Below, piece after piece: positions 63,913-64,000 of a stretch of DNA of 64,000 bases. The first letter of the stretch is position 1; every line of letters begins with the position of its first letter. The notes beneath the pieces are model-generated. The model did not search any database, was not told the DNA's origin, and saw only the letters and a program-made list of their open reading frames with translations. The position numbers and the translations under genes are program-made. The stretch spans positions 288,013-352,012 of the IMG/VR virus record IMGVR_UViG_3300046787_000200. One strand, written 5' to 3'.

Positions 63913-64000
63913 AATCTTTTCCTTTATTAATCATATTTATCTGAAATCTATAATGCGTCATGGTGCATACTCCGTAATCATCATCTTATAAGTAGTAGAA

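Overview
Segment of a large AT-rich lytic tailed-phage genome with T4-like TATAAATA late promoters, standard genetic code and most genes on the minus strand. Bug/TctC proteins, an McrA-type HNH and AhpC/AhpD hint at a betaproteobacterial host (inference). 1-14.5 kb: small early genes plus auxiliary and modification enzymes (PP-loop ATPases, sulfotransferase-like, methyltransferases, two TctC/Bug, MtnN, RpoZ). 12.4-28.4 kb: an array of 34 CCA-ending tRNA genes covering all 20 amino acids, with degenerate tRNA-like units, a GOLLD-like ~870-nt RNA carrying an embedded tRNA, several other structured ncRNA candidates, at least 9 copies of a conserved inverted-repeat stem holding variable cargo, consensus sigma70 promoters with rrn-type boxA, two HNH genes and a GGQ release-factor-like gene. 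28.4-40.9 kb: a second enzyme cluster with desaturase, ahpC/ahpD, iscU and a cell-wall hydrolase. 40.9-64 kb: virion proteins, PAAR, glutaredoxin, nrdB/nrdA and six Gly/Asn/Thr-rich fibre-like proteins. The most notable candidate system is at the head of the tRNA array: an unannotated 45-codon leader peptide containing all 20 amino acids is coupled to mutually exclusive terminator/antiterminator hairpins, suggesting a sensor of any tRNA shortage. A second mini-leader (MKRSGKR) appears to gate folding of tRNA-Lys. All calls are by eye; no searches or folding programs were run.
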